From an uncultured bacterium (lineage in GTDB: Bacteria; AUK180), in assembly GCA_937863565.1 (NCBI GenBank), contig CALMGJ010000018.1, forward strand, positions 1 to 38,043: 38,043 nt of DNA. Direction: 5' to 3'. The notes beneath the pieces are model-generated. The model was not told where the DNA came from and did not search any database. It was given only the letters and a program-made list of their open reading frames with translations. This document shows, piece by piece, positions 17,595 through 27,595 of the stretch. Position 1 is the stretch's first letter. Each line of letters starts with the position of its first letter. A program made the translations under genes and the position numbers.

Positions 17595-18838
17595 TCCTTT
17601 CCTCTTTCCATCCTGGCGCCGAGGGCTGTGAATTTTTCAGTGAACTTTTCATATCCGCGGTCCAGGTGGTATATCCTGGATACGTTCGAATTCCCCTGAG
17701 CGGAAAGCGCCGCCGTCAGCACGGCCGCGCCGGCTCTGATATCGGAACACATCACCGGTGCGCCGGAAAGAGGCCGGCCCTTAATATGAACCGTTTCGCC
17801 TTCATGCTCTATATCGGCGCCCATTCTCAGAAGCTCAGGCACCCACATGAAGCGGTTCTCGAATATCGTTTCCTCGATGCTGCCCTCTGCGGAAGAGGAC
17901 GCAAGCAGGGCGCCGAACACGGGCTGCAGGTCAGTCGGGAATCCCGGATACGGAAGGGTCTTGATCTTTGAATGACCGGAGAGTGGCCTGTACCTGAAAA
18001 TATAACGCCCTTTTTCAAGCCGGACATCTGCACCGAGTTCAAGGAGTTTTTCCCTGACCGCAACGATAAGGTCCGTGCAATTCCATTCCAGTTCCACTTC
18101 CCCTTTCGTAGCAATGGCGGCCATCCCGATCGTCCCGAGTTCTATCCTGTCCTGAATGATCGTATATTCGGCGCTTTTCAGTTCTTTCACGCCTTGAACG
18201 GTTATCGCCGAAGGATCTTCTTTTATATCAGCGCCGCATTTCTTTAAAAAACCTATAAGATCATAGATCTCCGGTTCCTTGGCGAAATTCCTGATCAAAG
18301 TAATCCCGGGAACCAGAACAGCTGCCATAAGTATGTTCGCCGTCGCACCGACAGAAGGAAAATCGAGGAACATCTCCGCTCCCTTCAGATCATTTCCCGA
18401 GGCCTCTATATTGCCTTCATCTATGGCGATCTTAGCGCCGAGTTTTTTAAAACCGTTTAGATGTATGTCGATGGGGCGCGTTCCGAGGGAACAGCCGCCG
18501 GGGAAGGAGACCTCGGCACGGCCTTTCCGCGCAAGAAGGGGGCCCATCGCATATATCGACGCCCTCATAGTTTTAACGAGTTCGTACGGGGCAGAATATC
18601 CCCTTATATCCGATGCGTCGATAATTATATCGCCGCCCTTCCTCTCCCACGATGCGCCGAGTATCTTAAGAAGTTTCAGCATCGTTCTCGTGTCGGTAAG
18701 GTCGGGGATATTTTTCAGTATGGTCTTTCCGGGCACAAGCAGAGCGGCCGCAAGCACGGGAAGCGCGGCATTCTTCGCGCCGCTTATCTTCACTCTCCCT
18801 CTTAACGGTTCCGCTCCGGATACGCGTAAAAAATCCAT
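17591..18838 (-). CDS. murA: UDP-N-acetylglucosamine 1-carboxyvinyltransferase
   Basis: GAKNAALP, PGGC.LG.RP.DIH (active-site Cys present), PGFPTDLQ, LDRGY. Confidence 0.98.
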   Translation of the reverse strand: MDFLRVSGAEPLRGRVKISGAKNAALPVLAAALLVPGKTILKNIPDLTDTRTMLKLLKILGASWERKGGDIIIDASDIRGYSAPYELVKTMRASIYAMGPLLARKGRAEVSFPGGCSLGTRPIDIHLNGFKKLGAKIAIDEGNIEASGNDLKGAEMFLDFPSVGATANILMAAVLVPGITLIRNFAKEPEIYDLIGFLKKCGADIKEDPSAITVQGVKELKSAEYTIIQDRIELGTIGMAAIATKGEVELEWNCTDLIVAVREKLLELGADVRLEKGRYIFRYRPLSGHSKIKTLPYPGFPTDLQPVFGALLASSSAEGSIEETIFENRFMWVPELLRMGADIEHEGETVHIKGRPLSGAPVMCSDIRAGAAVLTAALSAQGNSNVSRIYHLDRGYEKFTEKFTALGARMERGKE

Positions 18839-18844
18839 ATATTA

Positions 18845-19717
18845 TTACCTTTTCTCTGCGATGAGAAATCTCGTTTTTCCGGCAAGATCGTTCTGAAAAT
18901 CTACCGAGAAATACTTTGCCGCGTAATCCTTGAGCATCTTGTCCTGCCCTTCTCCTATCTCGATGATCATGGTGCCTTTGTATTCGAGAAGGCCGTTGCC
19001 CACGCGCAGTATCTGCTTGATATGGTCGAGGCCGTCAGCCCCGCCGTTCAGGGCATTGAACGGTTCGTACTGTGATATCTCGGGCATGAGGTTCTTTATC
19101 TCGTCCGTGGGTATATAGGGCGGATTTGAAAGGATCACGTCAATGATACCGGTGATGTTCTTCAGTTCCGCATAATCGTCGAAAATTGAGCGGGAAAGAA
19201 AATTTATCCTTTCGGCAACGCCGTTATTCTCGGCATTCTCCTTTGCCACCGCGATGGCCTCTTCACTGTTATCCATCGCGAACACCTTGCAGATATTGGA
19301 GTTTTTGGCGATGCTGACCGCGATGTTCCCGCAGCCTGTGCCCACATCGAGAATCTTCAGTTCCTTGTCGAACCGGCTTCCGATATAGTTAAGAGCAAGT
19401 TCAACGAGTTCTTCCGTTTCGGGACGGGGTACGAGCACTGCCTCGGTCACCTTGAATTCGAGCCCGTGGAAATCCGTCTGCTGAAGTATGTACTGAAGCG
19501 GTCTCCGTTTAGCCCTTTCCCTGAGGAGCCCTTTGTATATTTCCTTCTTTTCGGAAGGGATGATCATATTGAAATCCATGTACATCTTGAGTTTGCTTTT
19601 CTGAAGCACATGGCCCAGAAGCATCTCGGACTCGGCCTTTGCGTTCTCTATGCCGGCCTCGGAGAGCGTCATCTCCCCGAATTTCACCATTTCCTGTATC
19701 TTATTCTCCATGTTCAT
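18845..19717 (-). CDS. prmC: Release factor glutamine methyltransferase
   Basis: [26 protein letters not shown] motifs; follows prfA. Confidence 0.96.
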   Translation of the reverse strand: MNMENKIQEMVKFGEMTLSEAGIENAKAESEMLLGHVLQKSKLKMYMDFNMIIPSEKKEIYKGLLRERAKRRPLQYILQQTDFHGLEFKVTEAVLVPRPETEELVELALNYIGSRFDKELKILDVGTGCGNIAVSIAKNSNICKVFAMDNSEEAIAVAKENAENNGVAERINFLSRSIFDDYAELKNITGIIDVILSNPPYIPTDEIKNLMPEISQYEPFNALNGGADGLDHIKQILRVGNGLLEYKGTMIIEIGEGQDKMLKDYAAKYFSVDFQNDLAGKTRFLIAEKR

Positions 19718-20793
19718 AGTTTATACTCCACTGCGATCTTTTTCAAATTATCTTCGTATCTCAATCTCTCAATAAGTTCTTCGATATCCCCGTTGAGGAA
19801 AGCGGTAAGCTGATGGATATTGTATTTGATCCTGTGGTCCGTTATCCTGTTCTGGGGGAAATTGTACGTTCTGATCTTCTCGCTTCTGTCCCCCGTACCG
19901 ATCATTGAACGTCGCTGGGAATGTATCTTCTCCTCTTCCTCCCGCCTTCTCATATCGTAAAGAAGGGCACGCAGAATGCCCATCGCTCTTGCCTTGTTCT
20001 GGATCTGAGAGCGTTCATCCTGGCAGACCACGACCTTGCCCGTCGGGATATGGGTTATCCGTACCGCGGAATCGGTTGTATTGACGCCCTGGCCGCCCGG
20101 GCCGCTTGAACGGAAAACGTCCACTCTGATATCGGCCGGATTGATCTCGAATTCTATTTCCCCTATCTCGGGAAGCACTGCAACTGAAACGGCCGAAGTG
20201 TGAAGCCTGCCCTGTGATTCGGTATCGGGCACTCTTTGGACGCGGTGAACGCCCGATTCGTATTTGAGTATCCCGTAGGCGTTTTTGCCGGAGATCTTGC
20301 AGAATATCTCCTTTGCGCCCCCCACTCCGGATCCCGAGAAGGAAAGGGTCTCGATCTGCCATCTTCTTTCTTCGGCATATCTCGAATACATCCGGAAAAG
20401 CTCCATGGCGAAAAGCGTGGATTCGTCACCGCCGGTGCCGGCCCTTATCTCTATAATGGCGTTCTTCTCGTCCTCGGAAGACGGCGGAACGAGCTTCAAA
20501 ATGAATTCCATTTCAAGTTTCCCGTATTTCTCTTCGAGAGCAGGGATCTCTTCCCGGCACAACTCAACGAGTTCGGGATCACGGTTCTCTTCGAGGTTCT
20601 TTCTGCAGTCCAGAAGTTCGGCTTCGGTTTTCTTTACTTCCCTGTAGAGTTCAAGCGCTTCGTTGATGAAACCGTATCTTTTTGATATTTTCGTAAGTTC
20701 CTTTTGATTCGAAAGCACCTTCGGATCGGACATGTTTTTCTCGATTATGTCCCGCTCTTCCGAAAGTTTCTTCAGAACCGGATCGAAATCCAT
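19714..20793 (-). CDS. prfA: Peptide chain release factor 1
   Basis: PxT motif (RVPDTE), [17 protein letters not shown]. Confidence 0.98.
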   Translation of the reverse strand: MDFDPVLKKLSEERDIIEKNMSDPKVLSNQKELTKISKRYGFINEALELYREVKKTEAELLDCRKNLEENRDPELVELCREEIPALEEKYGKLEMEFILKLVPPSSEDEKNAIIEIRAGTGGDESTLFAMELFRMYSRYAEERRWQIETLSFSGSGVGGAKEIFCKISGKNAYGILKYESGVHRVQRVPDTESQGRLHTSAVSVAVLPEIGEIEFEINPADIRVDVFRSSGPGGQGVNTTDSAVRITHIPTGKVVVCQDERSQIQNKARAMGILRALLYDMRRREEEEKIHSQRRSMIGTGDRSEKIRTYNFPQNRITDHRIKYNIHQLTAFLNGDIEELIERLRYEDNLKKIAVEYKL

Positions 20794-20802
20794 GAAGAAC
20801 GG

Positions 20803-21003
20803 CTATTGGATCTTGTATTTCTTTTTGAATTTTTCGAGTTTTCCTGCCGTATCAAGGAACTTCTGCTGTCCCGTGAAAAAAGGATGACACATCGAACATA
20901 TTTCAACTTTGAGTTCTTTTTTGGTCGATCTCGTCTTGAATTTGTTTCCACAGGAACATGTCACTTCGCATTCAACGTACTGCGGATGCGTCTTCGCTTT
21001 CAT
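20803..21003 (-). CDS. rpmE: 50S ribosomal protein L31 (Zn-binding form)
   Basis: [23 protein letters not shown] at 21003 with GGAGG SD. Confidence 0.97.
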   Translation of the reverse strand: MKAKTHPQYVECEVTCSCGNKFKTRSTKKELKVEICSMCHPFFTGQQKFLDTAGKLEKFKKKYKIQ

Positions 21004-21027
21004 AAGCGCCTCCAAAATTAAATTGTT

Positions 21028-21056
21028 ATTTTAGCATAAAAACATTATTTATTCAA
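21028..21056 (-). promoter_or_regulatory. Sigma70-type promoter of the rpmE-prfA... gene run
   Basis: TTGAAT (21051-21056), 17 bp, TGcTAAAAT (-10 at 21028-21033). Confidence 0.7.
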
Positions 21057-21275
21057 TAGCTCAACCTTAAATCTACTGTTTAAACGAATATATTCACATT
21101 TATTCCGGGAATATGCTCCGGTGAAACCCGAACGGATACAATTCATTGAAAGATGTGATACTATCTGCCCGGCTACTTACCCTCATTATAAGATACTCTC
21201 ATCACCGATCTGTATTTTTCTGGCGGAAAATAACGCCACTCTGTTTTTAAAGATATTTAATGTTTTCCCCTTTTT

Positions 21276-21284
21276 TGTTATAAT
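21276..21284 (+). promoter_or_regulatory. Extended -10 promoter, putative leaderless start
   Basis: TGtTATAAT with -10 at 21279-21284, 5 nt before ATG 21290; no SD. Confidence 0.55.
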
Positions 21285-21289
21285 GAATT

Positions 21290-22090
21290 ATGAAAAAGAG
21301 ACTTTTTATCATACTCATTTTATCCGCATTGATCGTTAGTGCGGCCGATAAAGGGCTTAACCTGACAAATAATATCGCCGTGCAATTGCCTCTCGGCGTT
21401 CAGATGGATACGCGCCTATTCTTCCGCATCCCTTTATACAAAAGCGATCATATCCTTTTTAAGGATTCTCGCATCGATATCGGGATACAGAACAAGGCGT
21501 CCCCCGCTTATGATCTTGCGATGTTCCGGCTCAATATCGAACCCATAGCGGTATTCGATATTACTTTCGCGGGCGGGTTTTTTTGTGCATATAACGCTTT
21601 AGGATACGGGCTCATCGGGCTTTCCGGGTATGATGACGGCTTTTCGGATACCGATCTTGAAGGGCTTCCGCAGAGGAACGGCTCGGGATTTTATTATTTC
21701 ATCTGCCCTACCTTCAAGATCAAATTCGGCCGCGTAATATTCATGGATTCGGTGACTTTGAATTACTGGGATGTGAAGAACACGGATTTTTTCTATGAGA
21801 GGATAACGATATCGGTGATCAAGGGCGTGGACAGAACGGTAGAGCAGGAGTGTTATCTCCTCTATGAGGTTTCGGAGAGATTAAAGGCGGGGCTATTGCA
21901 TTATTATCTATATGTGCCCGGTTCGAAATATTTTTCGCACCGCATCAATACGGCTTTCATCTACAATAATGCCTTCAGGCCTTTCGAGGATTTCTATGCT
22001 GTTTTGATCGCGGGATATTATCTCAAGGACCCTTATTATAAATTCTATCTTGCGCTTCTTGCCGGGATCAATTTCCATTTTACGCGATAG
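21290..22090 (+). CDS. Hypothetical exported protein, possible outer-membrane beta-barrel
   Basis: Signal peptide (MKKRLFIILILSALIVSA), aromatic-rich alternating strands, C-terminal GINFHFTR. Confidence 0.65.
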   Translation: MKKRLFIILILSALIVSAADKGLNLTNNIAVQLPLGVQMDTRLFFRIPLYKSDHILFKDSRIDIGIQNKASPAYDLAMFRLNIEPIAVFDITFAGGFFCAYNALGYGLIGLSGYDDGFSDTDLEGLPQRNGSGFYYFICPTFKIKFGRVIFMDSVTLNYWDVKNTDFFYERITISVIKGVDRTVEQECYLLYEVSERLKAGLLHYYLYVPGSKYFSHRINTAFIYNNAFRPFEDFYAVLIAGYYLKDPYYKFYLALLAGINFHFTR

Positions 22091-22102
22091 AGGGAGGGTT
22101 GT

Positions 22103-23161
22103 ATGAAAAAAATTCTTGCGGCGCTGATTTTCATCGCGGTCACTGTCATCGCTTTTTTCACCGGTTTTCTCGGCTTTGTTTTCATAACCGATTATACGCC
22201 GCCTGCTGAGATCGAGATCCTGCCGGAGCGCGCAGAGGTCACAGGCCTTTCTGCGGGAAATACCGTAACTCTCCTTACATACAATATCGGCTATTGCGGA
22301 CTTGATAAAGGGCGGGATTTTTTCATGGACGGGGGCGTGATGTCGCGATCGGAAAGCAGGGAGAAGACCCTTGAGAACCTTGAGAACATCACCGCCTTCA
22401 TAAGGGAAAGAAATGCCGATATCACGCTCATTCAGGAGATCGACAATGACTCGTCGCGGTCTTTCCATGTGAACGAGACGGAGCATATGAGAACTTCTTT
22501 TCCTGAAAGAGAACTTTTCTTTGCGCAGAACTATCTCGTCAAATGGGTGCCTGTGCCTTTGAAGAACCCTATGGGATCCGCCGATTCCGGGCTTGGGGCC
22601 TTGACAAGATACAAGCCCTCCTGCGTGAGGCGCTATCAGTTGCCGGGCAAGGAATCGTTCTTCAGGCAGATGTTCGATCTCGACCGTTGCATGATGGCGT
22701 TAATATATGAACTTCCGGGAGGAAAGCAGTTGGTCATTGTGAACCTTCACCTTTCGGCCTATGATAAAGGGGGAAAAGTAAGAAAATACCAGATGGCCTT
22801 TCTGAAGGATTATATGAAACGCGTCTATGACGGGAACACATATCTCATACTCGGTGGGGATTGGAACCATCTTCTCTCACCCCGGCTCCTTGCGGAGAAA
22901 GACCCCGATACGGTATGGCCTTATTGGCTTCAATTATTGCCGGAGGACCTTCTTCCGGAAGATTTCAAATGGGCATATGACGACACTGTGATGACGGTGA
23001 GGGACAATGACAGGCCTTATGTTAGGGGGCGGAATTTCGAAACGATAATAGACGGCTTTCTCGTATCACCCAATATCGAGATCGTCTCGGTGAAGGGCTT
23101 CGATCTCGGCTTCGAGCACAGCGACCATAATCCCGTGGAGTGCGTGCTGAAACTGAAATGA
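22103..23161 (+). CDS. Endonuclease/exonuclease/phosphatase (EEP) family protein, membrane-anchored
   Basis: N-terminal TM; TYNIGY, IQEID, NLHLSAYD, GGDWN, SDH catalytic motifs; GGAGG SD. Confidence 0.9.
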   Translation: MKKILAALIFIAVTVIAFFTGFLGFVFITDYTPPAEIEILPERAEVTGLSAGNTVTLLTYNIGYCGLDKGRDFFMDGGVMSRSESREKTLENLENITAFIRERNADITLIQEIDNDSSRSFHVNETEHMRTSFPERELFFAQNYLVKWVPVPLKNPMGSADSGLGALTRYKPSCVRRYQLPGKESFFRQMFDLDRCMMALIYELPGGKQLVIVNLHLSAYDKGGKVRKYQMAFLKDYMKRVYDGNTYLILGGDWNHLLSPRLLAEKDPDTVWPYWLQLLPEDLLPEDFKWAYDDTVMTVRDNDRPYVRGRNFETIIDGFLVSPNIEIVSVKGFDLGFEHSDHNPVECVLKLK

Positions 23162-23359
23162 TCCAAGGCAGGGTATAAAGACCGGATGCGTTTGCAATCC
23201 CGGCAGTATTCTTCAAGTATCATTTTTACGGTATTTCAAAAAGCATGGAATCCGCGTTATCGGAACCCGCTCGATCTTCAGCTCCCTGAGCGGGAATAGG
23301 CGGAATGAAAAACAATGATCCGGTAGATAATAAATACAAATGCAAATATCTCGATCAGG

Positions 23360-23662
23360 TTATATAAATAGCACTTTTTCCACATTCTCCTTCATTTTTT
23401 TTATATTTCCTGTACCGCCGTATTGTTCGCCTGATTGCGAAAGCCAGTCGGCAAGCGTTTTCTCGGAACGGGTCTTCGATGCTTTCTTAACTGCCTCTTT
23501 AAGGTCGGGGAGTCCTTCAGCGGGTCGTCCGAGAAGATAATAGGTTCTGGCACGGGCCTGTAGGGCCGCTATATAATAGAGGAGCGTCTCTTTTATTCTG
23601 CCGGAGCGGTTTTGTTTTTCGGGATTTGTCTTATTATTCGAAATGGCCTTCATTCTTCTCAT
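23360..23662 (-). pseudogene. Truncated paralog of the TPR proteins at 28575-31999 (fragment or mini-protein)
   Basis: IAALQARARTYYLLGRPAEGLPDLKEAVKKASKTRSEKTLA aligns by eye with the N-termini FIKALSGRAGICNLLGKNEEALSDL and FAKALLERAALLSITGRTDEAVSDI; stops at 100 aa. Confidence 0.55.
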
Positions 23663-23667
23663 ACTCT

Positions 23668-23695
23668 ATTATAAACCATTCCGTTTCGAAATCAA
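23668..23695 (-). promoter_or_regulatory. Sigma70-type promoter for the TPR fragment, putative leaderless
   Basis: TTGATT (23690-23695), 16 bp, TATAAT (23668-23673), 5 nt to ATG 23662. Confidence 0.6.
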
Positions 23696-23719
23696 ATCCG
23701 CGGTTCATTCCCCGGCTCC

Positions 23720-23748
23720 TTGATTTTTCTCTTGATTATTTATAAAAT
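23720..23748 (+). promoter_or_regulatory. Sigma70-type promoter for the NSS transporter
   Basis: TTGATT (23720-23725), 17 bp, TAAAAT (23743-23748); GAGGTG SD before ATG 23774. Confidence 0.6.
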
Positions 23749-23773
23749 AATCCGTAAAGAAAAGAGGTGTGAT

Positions 23774-25429
23774 ATGGAAGTAAAAAGGGACATCTGGTCG
23801 TCAAGGCTTTCTTTCATTCTTGCCGCGGTCGGATCGGCGGTGGGCCTGGGCAATGTATGGCGCTTCCCCTATATTGCGTATAAATACGGCGGAGGGGCAT
23901 TTCTGATACCGTTTTTCACCGCGATCTTCATCGCAGGCATTCCGCTTCTGATCCTTGAATACTATCTGGGGCAGAGCACACAGCAGGGCGCACCCGGGGC
24001 GCTTGCAAAAGTGGGGAAGAACTGGGAAACACTGGGGTGGTTCGCCGTTTTCGTGGGATTTTTCATCGTAACATACTATTCGGTGATCATGGGCTGGGCC
24101 TTCGGGTTCCTTTTCAAATCTTTCTCTTTCTCAGAGGCGACCGTGTTCTCGGATTTCTTCTATAAGGACTTCCTGAAACTTTCCGACGGTATCATGAACA
24201 TCGGAGGGATAAATATCTTCGTTCTTCTCGGACTTATAGCCACATGGGCGGCCATCGTTTTCTGCGTGTTCAAAGGGACAAGATCGGTAGGTAAGGTAGT
24301 CCTCATTACCGTGCCTTTGCCGTTTCTCATTCTTATCATCTTTACGATAAGAGGCATTACGCTGAAAGGCGCAGTACCCGGGCTATTGTTTTTTCTCCGG
24401 CCCGATTTCTCCGCGCTTTTAAAGGTCGAAACATGGCTTGCCGCTTTCGGGCAGGTGTTTTTCTCCTTCTCCATCGGTTTCGGCGTTATGATCACATACG
24501 CGAGTTTCCAGAAAAAGGGGTCCGATATCACTAATAATGCTTTCATGACCGGGCTCATCGACAGCGCAACGGCGTATATCGCAGGATACGCTGTCTTTTC
24601 CGCTTTGGGATATCTTGCCGTTTTAAAGGGCCTCACCGTTCCCGAAGTTGCAAAAAGCGGTCCCGGGCTCGCATTCGTCGTATTTCCCGAGATCATCGCC
24701 AAACTTCCCTTCATGAAATTGTTCTTCGTTCTTTTCTTTTTAATGCTTCTCACTCTCGGCATCGATTCGGCATTCTCCCTTTTCGAGGCGTTCACGACAG
24801 CTATCGGCGATAAGATCAGGATAAAAAGAGCGGCGGGGTTGTTCCTGTTCGCAGTGATCGGTATCGTTCTAGGTTTCATATATGCCACGAAGGCGGGGCT
24901 CTACTGGCTCGATTCCGTGGATTATTTCCTCTCAAATTACGGCCTCATCATTGTAGGGCTTCTCGAATGCATCGCGGTCGGATGGATGCTGGATATAGAA
25001 AAAGTCCGCGGAGAGATAAACGAAGTATCCGATTTCAAGATCGGAAAATGGTGGAATATCTGCGTAAAGTTCCTGATACCATTTTTTCTTTGCGTGCTTC
25101 TTTTGGTCAATACGGCGGAACTTCTCAAGAACGGATATGAAGGTTATCCGGCAAGAGTGCTGTTTCTTACCGGACCGGTACTTCTTTATCTCGGCGTTAT
25201 GTTCTCCATCTTCATGAAAAATATCGGGGGTATCTATTCGGCTTTCGAGAAGTTCATTATGATCTTCGGTATCCTGCTTATAATAACTATAGCGCTATAT
25301 TTCCCGTTCGCGGCTTATATGAAACCTCTTTTCAACCGCCTGATGCCGGTGATCATGGGGATATTCGGGTTTGCGGTTATAGGGTTCGGGATAGCCCATT
25401 CCCTAAAAAAATTGAAAAAAGAAGAATAA
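23774..25429 (+). CDS. Sodium-dependent transporter, neurotransmitter:sodium symporter (NSS/SNF) family
   Basis: WSSR..FILAAVGSAVGLGNVWRFPY, GGGAF, QVFFSFS, GPGLAFVVFP, LGIDSAFS. Confidence 0.94.
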   Translation: MEVKRDIWSSRLSFILAAVGSAVGLGNVWRFPYIAYKYGGGAFLIPFFTAIFIAGIPLLILEYYLGQSTQQGAPGALAKVGKNWETLGWFAVFVGFFIVTYYSVIMGWAFGFLFKSFSFSEATVFSDFFYKDFLKLSDGIMNIGGINIFVLLGLIATWAAIVFCVFKGTRSVGKVVLITVPLPFLILIIFTIRGITLKGAVPGLLFFLRPDFSALLKVETWLAAFGQVFFSFSIGFGVMITYASFQKKGSDITNNAFMTGLIDSATAYIAGYAVFSALGYLAVLKGLTVPEVAKSGPGLAFVVFPEIIAKLPFMKLFFVLFFLMLLTLGIDSAFSLFEAFTTAIGDKIRIKRAAGLFLFAVIGIVLGFIYATKAGLYWLDSVDYFLSNYGLIIVGLLECIAVGWMLDIEKVRGEINEVSDFKIGKWWNICVKFLIPFFLCVLLLVNTAELLKNGYEGYPARVLFLTGPVLLYLGVMFSIFMKNIGGIYSAFEKFIMIFGILLIITIALYFPFAAYMKPLFNRLMPVIMGIFGFAVIGFGIAHSLKKLKKEE

Positions 25430-25435
25430 GGATTA

Positions 25436-25462
25436 TTGATTTAGAGCTTTTTTTGCTATAAT
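25436..25462 (+). promoter_or_regulatory. Extended -10 promoter for lipoprotein-pgpA
   Basis: TGcTATAAT (-10 at 25457-25462); TTGATT 15 bp upstream; GAGG SD downstream. Confidence 0.5.
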
Positions 25463-25481
25463 AATTTTTGAGGCAAACACT

Positions 25482-26177
25482 ATGAAAAGAAAGATCTTGA
25501 ATGCTATTATCATTTTACCGGTTCTGACCGCTATGGCCTTCTTTGCCGGATGTAATTATAAATCCCCGGACCTTTTCCCCGATACTGCGGAGGATACGTT
25601 CAGGCTGAACGGGCTTACTCTCACCGTCGCTGACGGCAGCTTCTATGCCGATTCGTTAGTAAGAGGGAATACCGTTTCGATCACGGCCGCCGCAGTGAAC
25701 GCCGCTAACGACACCTATACTCTCACCTTCTCCGTAAAGGACGGCGCGGGCACGCTGAACGCGTCCGCTTACGAGGCTGTATGGGAATCGCCTTACAAGA
25801 ACAGCACATATACCATATATATTACCGCAACGGACGGTAACGATACGTCTTCAGCCGTATGTTCCATAGATGTTACGAACTCCGCTCCTACGATCGACCA
25901 GGTCATTTATTCCTTGACAACAAGCGCCGGCAATTCGATCTCCGTTACGGTTTCAGACCCGGACACCGTTCCGGAGACCATCCTTTCCCTCTCGATAGCC
26001 CCCGATACAGGCACCGTTATTCCGGGATCTGCGGAGATACACAACTCTTCAGGTACGGGCGCATTCCTCTGGATGCCCGACGGCGTAACGAAAGGCACCA
26101 CGGTTTCCTTCGAGATCGTCGTCGTTGACGATAATCCCAATACGGTAACAAAGACCGAACAGTTCTATTACGAATGA
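25482..26177 (+). CDS. Putative lipoprotein with Ig-like beta-sandwich domains
   Basis: Lipobox FFAG-C at residue 24; Thr/Ser-rich strands; ITATDG..NSAPTI and VSDPD motifs typical of Ig/cadherin-like repeats. Confidence 0.7.
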   Translation: MKRKILNAIIILPVLTAMAFFAGCNYKSPDLFPDTAEDTFRLNGLTLTVADGSFYADSLVRGNTVSITAAAVNAANDTYTLTFSVKDGAGTLNASAYEAVWESPYKNSTYTIYITATDGNDTSSAVCSIDVTNSAPTIDQVIYSLTTSAGNSISVTVSDPDTVPETILSLSIAPDTGTVIPGSAEIHNSSGTGAFLWMPDGVTKGTTVSFEIVVVDDNPNTVTKTEQFYYE

Positions 26178-26659
26178 GGTTCGCTGACGCCGTTTCTTCA
26201 TTCTTCGGGATCGGCAGGATCAAATATGCTCCGGGCACGGCGGCATCCCTTGCGACGGCCTTATTCATCCTTCTCATCTCGCATCTTTTCTTCGTAAGTT
26301 ATCTTTTCTTTCTATTTTTCCTGTTCTTTTTCCTGATCGGACTTTTCTTTTCCGAAAGATCGGAGCGGGATTCCGGAGAGAAGGACCCGGGCTGGATCGT
26401 GATCGACGAAGCTGCGGGCATGTTCGCCTCCGTATCATTCATCGATATGGCGGCATTGAACCCGCTTCAGAAGATCGTGATCGTGCTCATCGCCTTTGCC
26501 GTTTTCCGTATCTTCGACATACTTAAACCCTTTCCGATAAGGCAGATTCAGAAAATCAAAGGCGGCTGGGGAATAATGCTCGATGATCTTGTTGCGGGAG
26601 TATTTTCGAATTTTATCTCGAGAATGTTCTTCTATTTTATTTTTAAATTCTATATTTAA
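26174..26659 (+). CDS. pgpA: Phosphatidylglycerophosphatase A
   Basis: APGT, KDPGWIVIDE.AG, FRIFDILKPFPI, GGWGIMLDDL.AG. Confidence 0.95.
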   Translation: MRFADAVSSFFGIGRIKYAPGTAASLATALFILLISHLFFVSYLFFLFFLFFFLIGLFFSERSERDSGEKDPGWIVIDEAAGMFASVSFIDMAALNPLQKIVIVLIAFAVFRIFDILKPFPIRQIQKIKGGWGIMLDDLVAGVFSNFISRMFFYFIFKFYI

Positions 26660-26668
26660 CCGGAAGGA

Positions 26669-27595
26669 TCAGAAATTCTGTATAACCGTTTTTGAATCCC
26701 TGTTAAGCAAATAAGGCCTGTCCGTCTCGGCTTTTGTATTTCTGAGTTTGATCTTCTCCCTGAGTATCTCATTCTCTTCGAAAGATAAAAGGCCGCTTTT
26801 CATATTGAGTTCAAGAGATTCTATGATGTTCCGGTAGAAGTACAGGATGCCTGCCGTCGAATCCGCTTCGAGTTGCTTGAACGAATTATTGTCGAACTGA
26901 ATATATCCCGATATCTGCTTCACTTTGAAACGGCCGTAAAAACCGTTCTTGAACAGGCAGTTTCCGTGGCTGAGTTCTCCGTCGAAATGATCCGTATGGA
27001 TCTCCGAAACAGACATTTCTCCGCAGGAAAGCAGGCATTTGATCCGTCCGAAATCGGAATCTTCGATCTTGAGGGATGCATTCCCCGCATTGACTATGAG
27101 ATTCCCTGATGCCGCAACGCTGTTTACAAAAAGATCAAGGATGCCGGCGTTCACCTGTATCTCTTCCGCGTTTATTTCGGATATTGAGATATTGGTTTCG
27201 GGGCTGGAAAGGAAAATGGAGCAGCCACTCGGGAGAACGGCATGCAGAGCTTCAATGATCACCTTGGCGCCGCCCTTATTTTCGATGATGCCTTTTTGGG
27301 GGTTGAAGCGGTAATCCCCGTCCTTCGAACACAAAAGGTCTATCTTTATCTCTCCCTCGTCGCCGCCTTCAATATATATATTTCTCGCCCATTCGGCCAG
27401 AACGAATTTTTCGATCCCCGATGACGGCATCACGATCTGTTTTTTTACGGCAAGTTCTTTTTTACCCCAGTTACCGAGCACAGCTTCGTTCCTCTCTGCA
27501 GTGAAAAAACCGAGATCCCCTATAAGAATAACGGCGAACATGGCTGCCGCGATCACGGTAAAGATCAGTGTAGGCAGGATTTTTTTATTTCTCAT
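26669..27595 (-). CDS. Membrane-anchored beta-solenoid protein, DUF4097-like (tentative)
   Basis: N-terminal TM, then repeated short strands with G turns at ~20 aa period; start overlaps the kdsD stop. Confidence 0.55.
   Translation of the reverse strand: MRNKKILPTLIFTVIAAAMFAVILIGDLGFFTAERNEAVLGNWGKKELAVKKQIVMPSSGIEKFVLAEWARNIYIEGGDEGEIKIDLLCSKDGDYRFNPQKGIIENKGGAKVIIEALHAVLPSGCSIFLSSPETNISISEINAEEIQVNAGILDLFVNSVAASGNLIVNAGNASLKIEDSDFGRIKCLLSCGEMSVSEIHTDHFDGELSHGNCLFKNGFYGRFKVKQISGYIQFDNNSFKQLEADSTAGILYFYRNIIESLELNMKSGLLSFEENEILREKIKLRNTKAETDRPYLLNRDSKTVIQNF

Noticed and set aside
21121..21339. 72-aa ORF and small hairpin in the rpmE upstream spacer
   Set aside because: No RBS or motif, overlaps the next gene out of frame; the 5-bp hairpin is within chance.
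23162..23359. Possible continuation of the TPR fragment or a terminator (CCCGCTC/GAGCGGG)
   Set aside because: Only a faint TPR-like patch (KNTAGIANA); the hairpin has a 15-nt loop and no U-tract.
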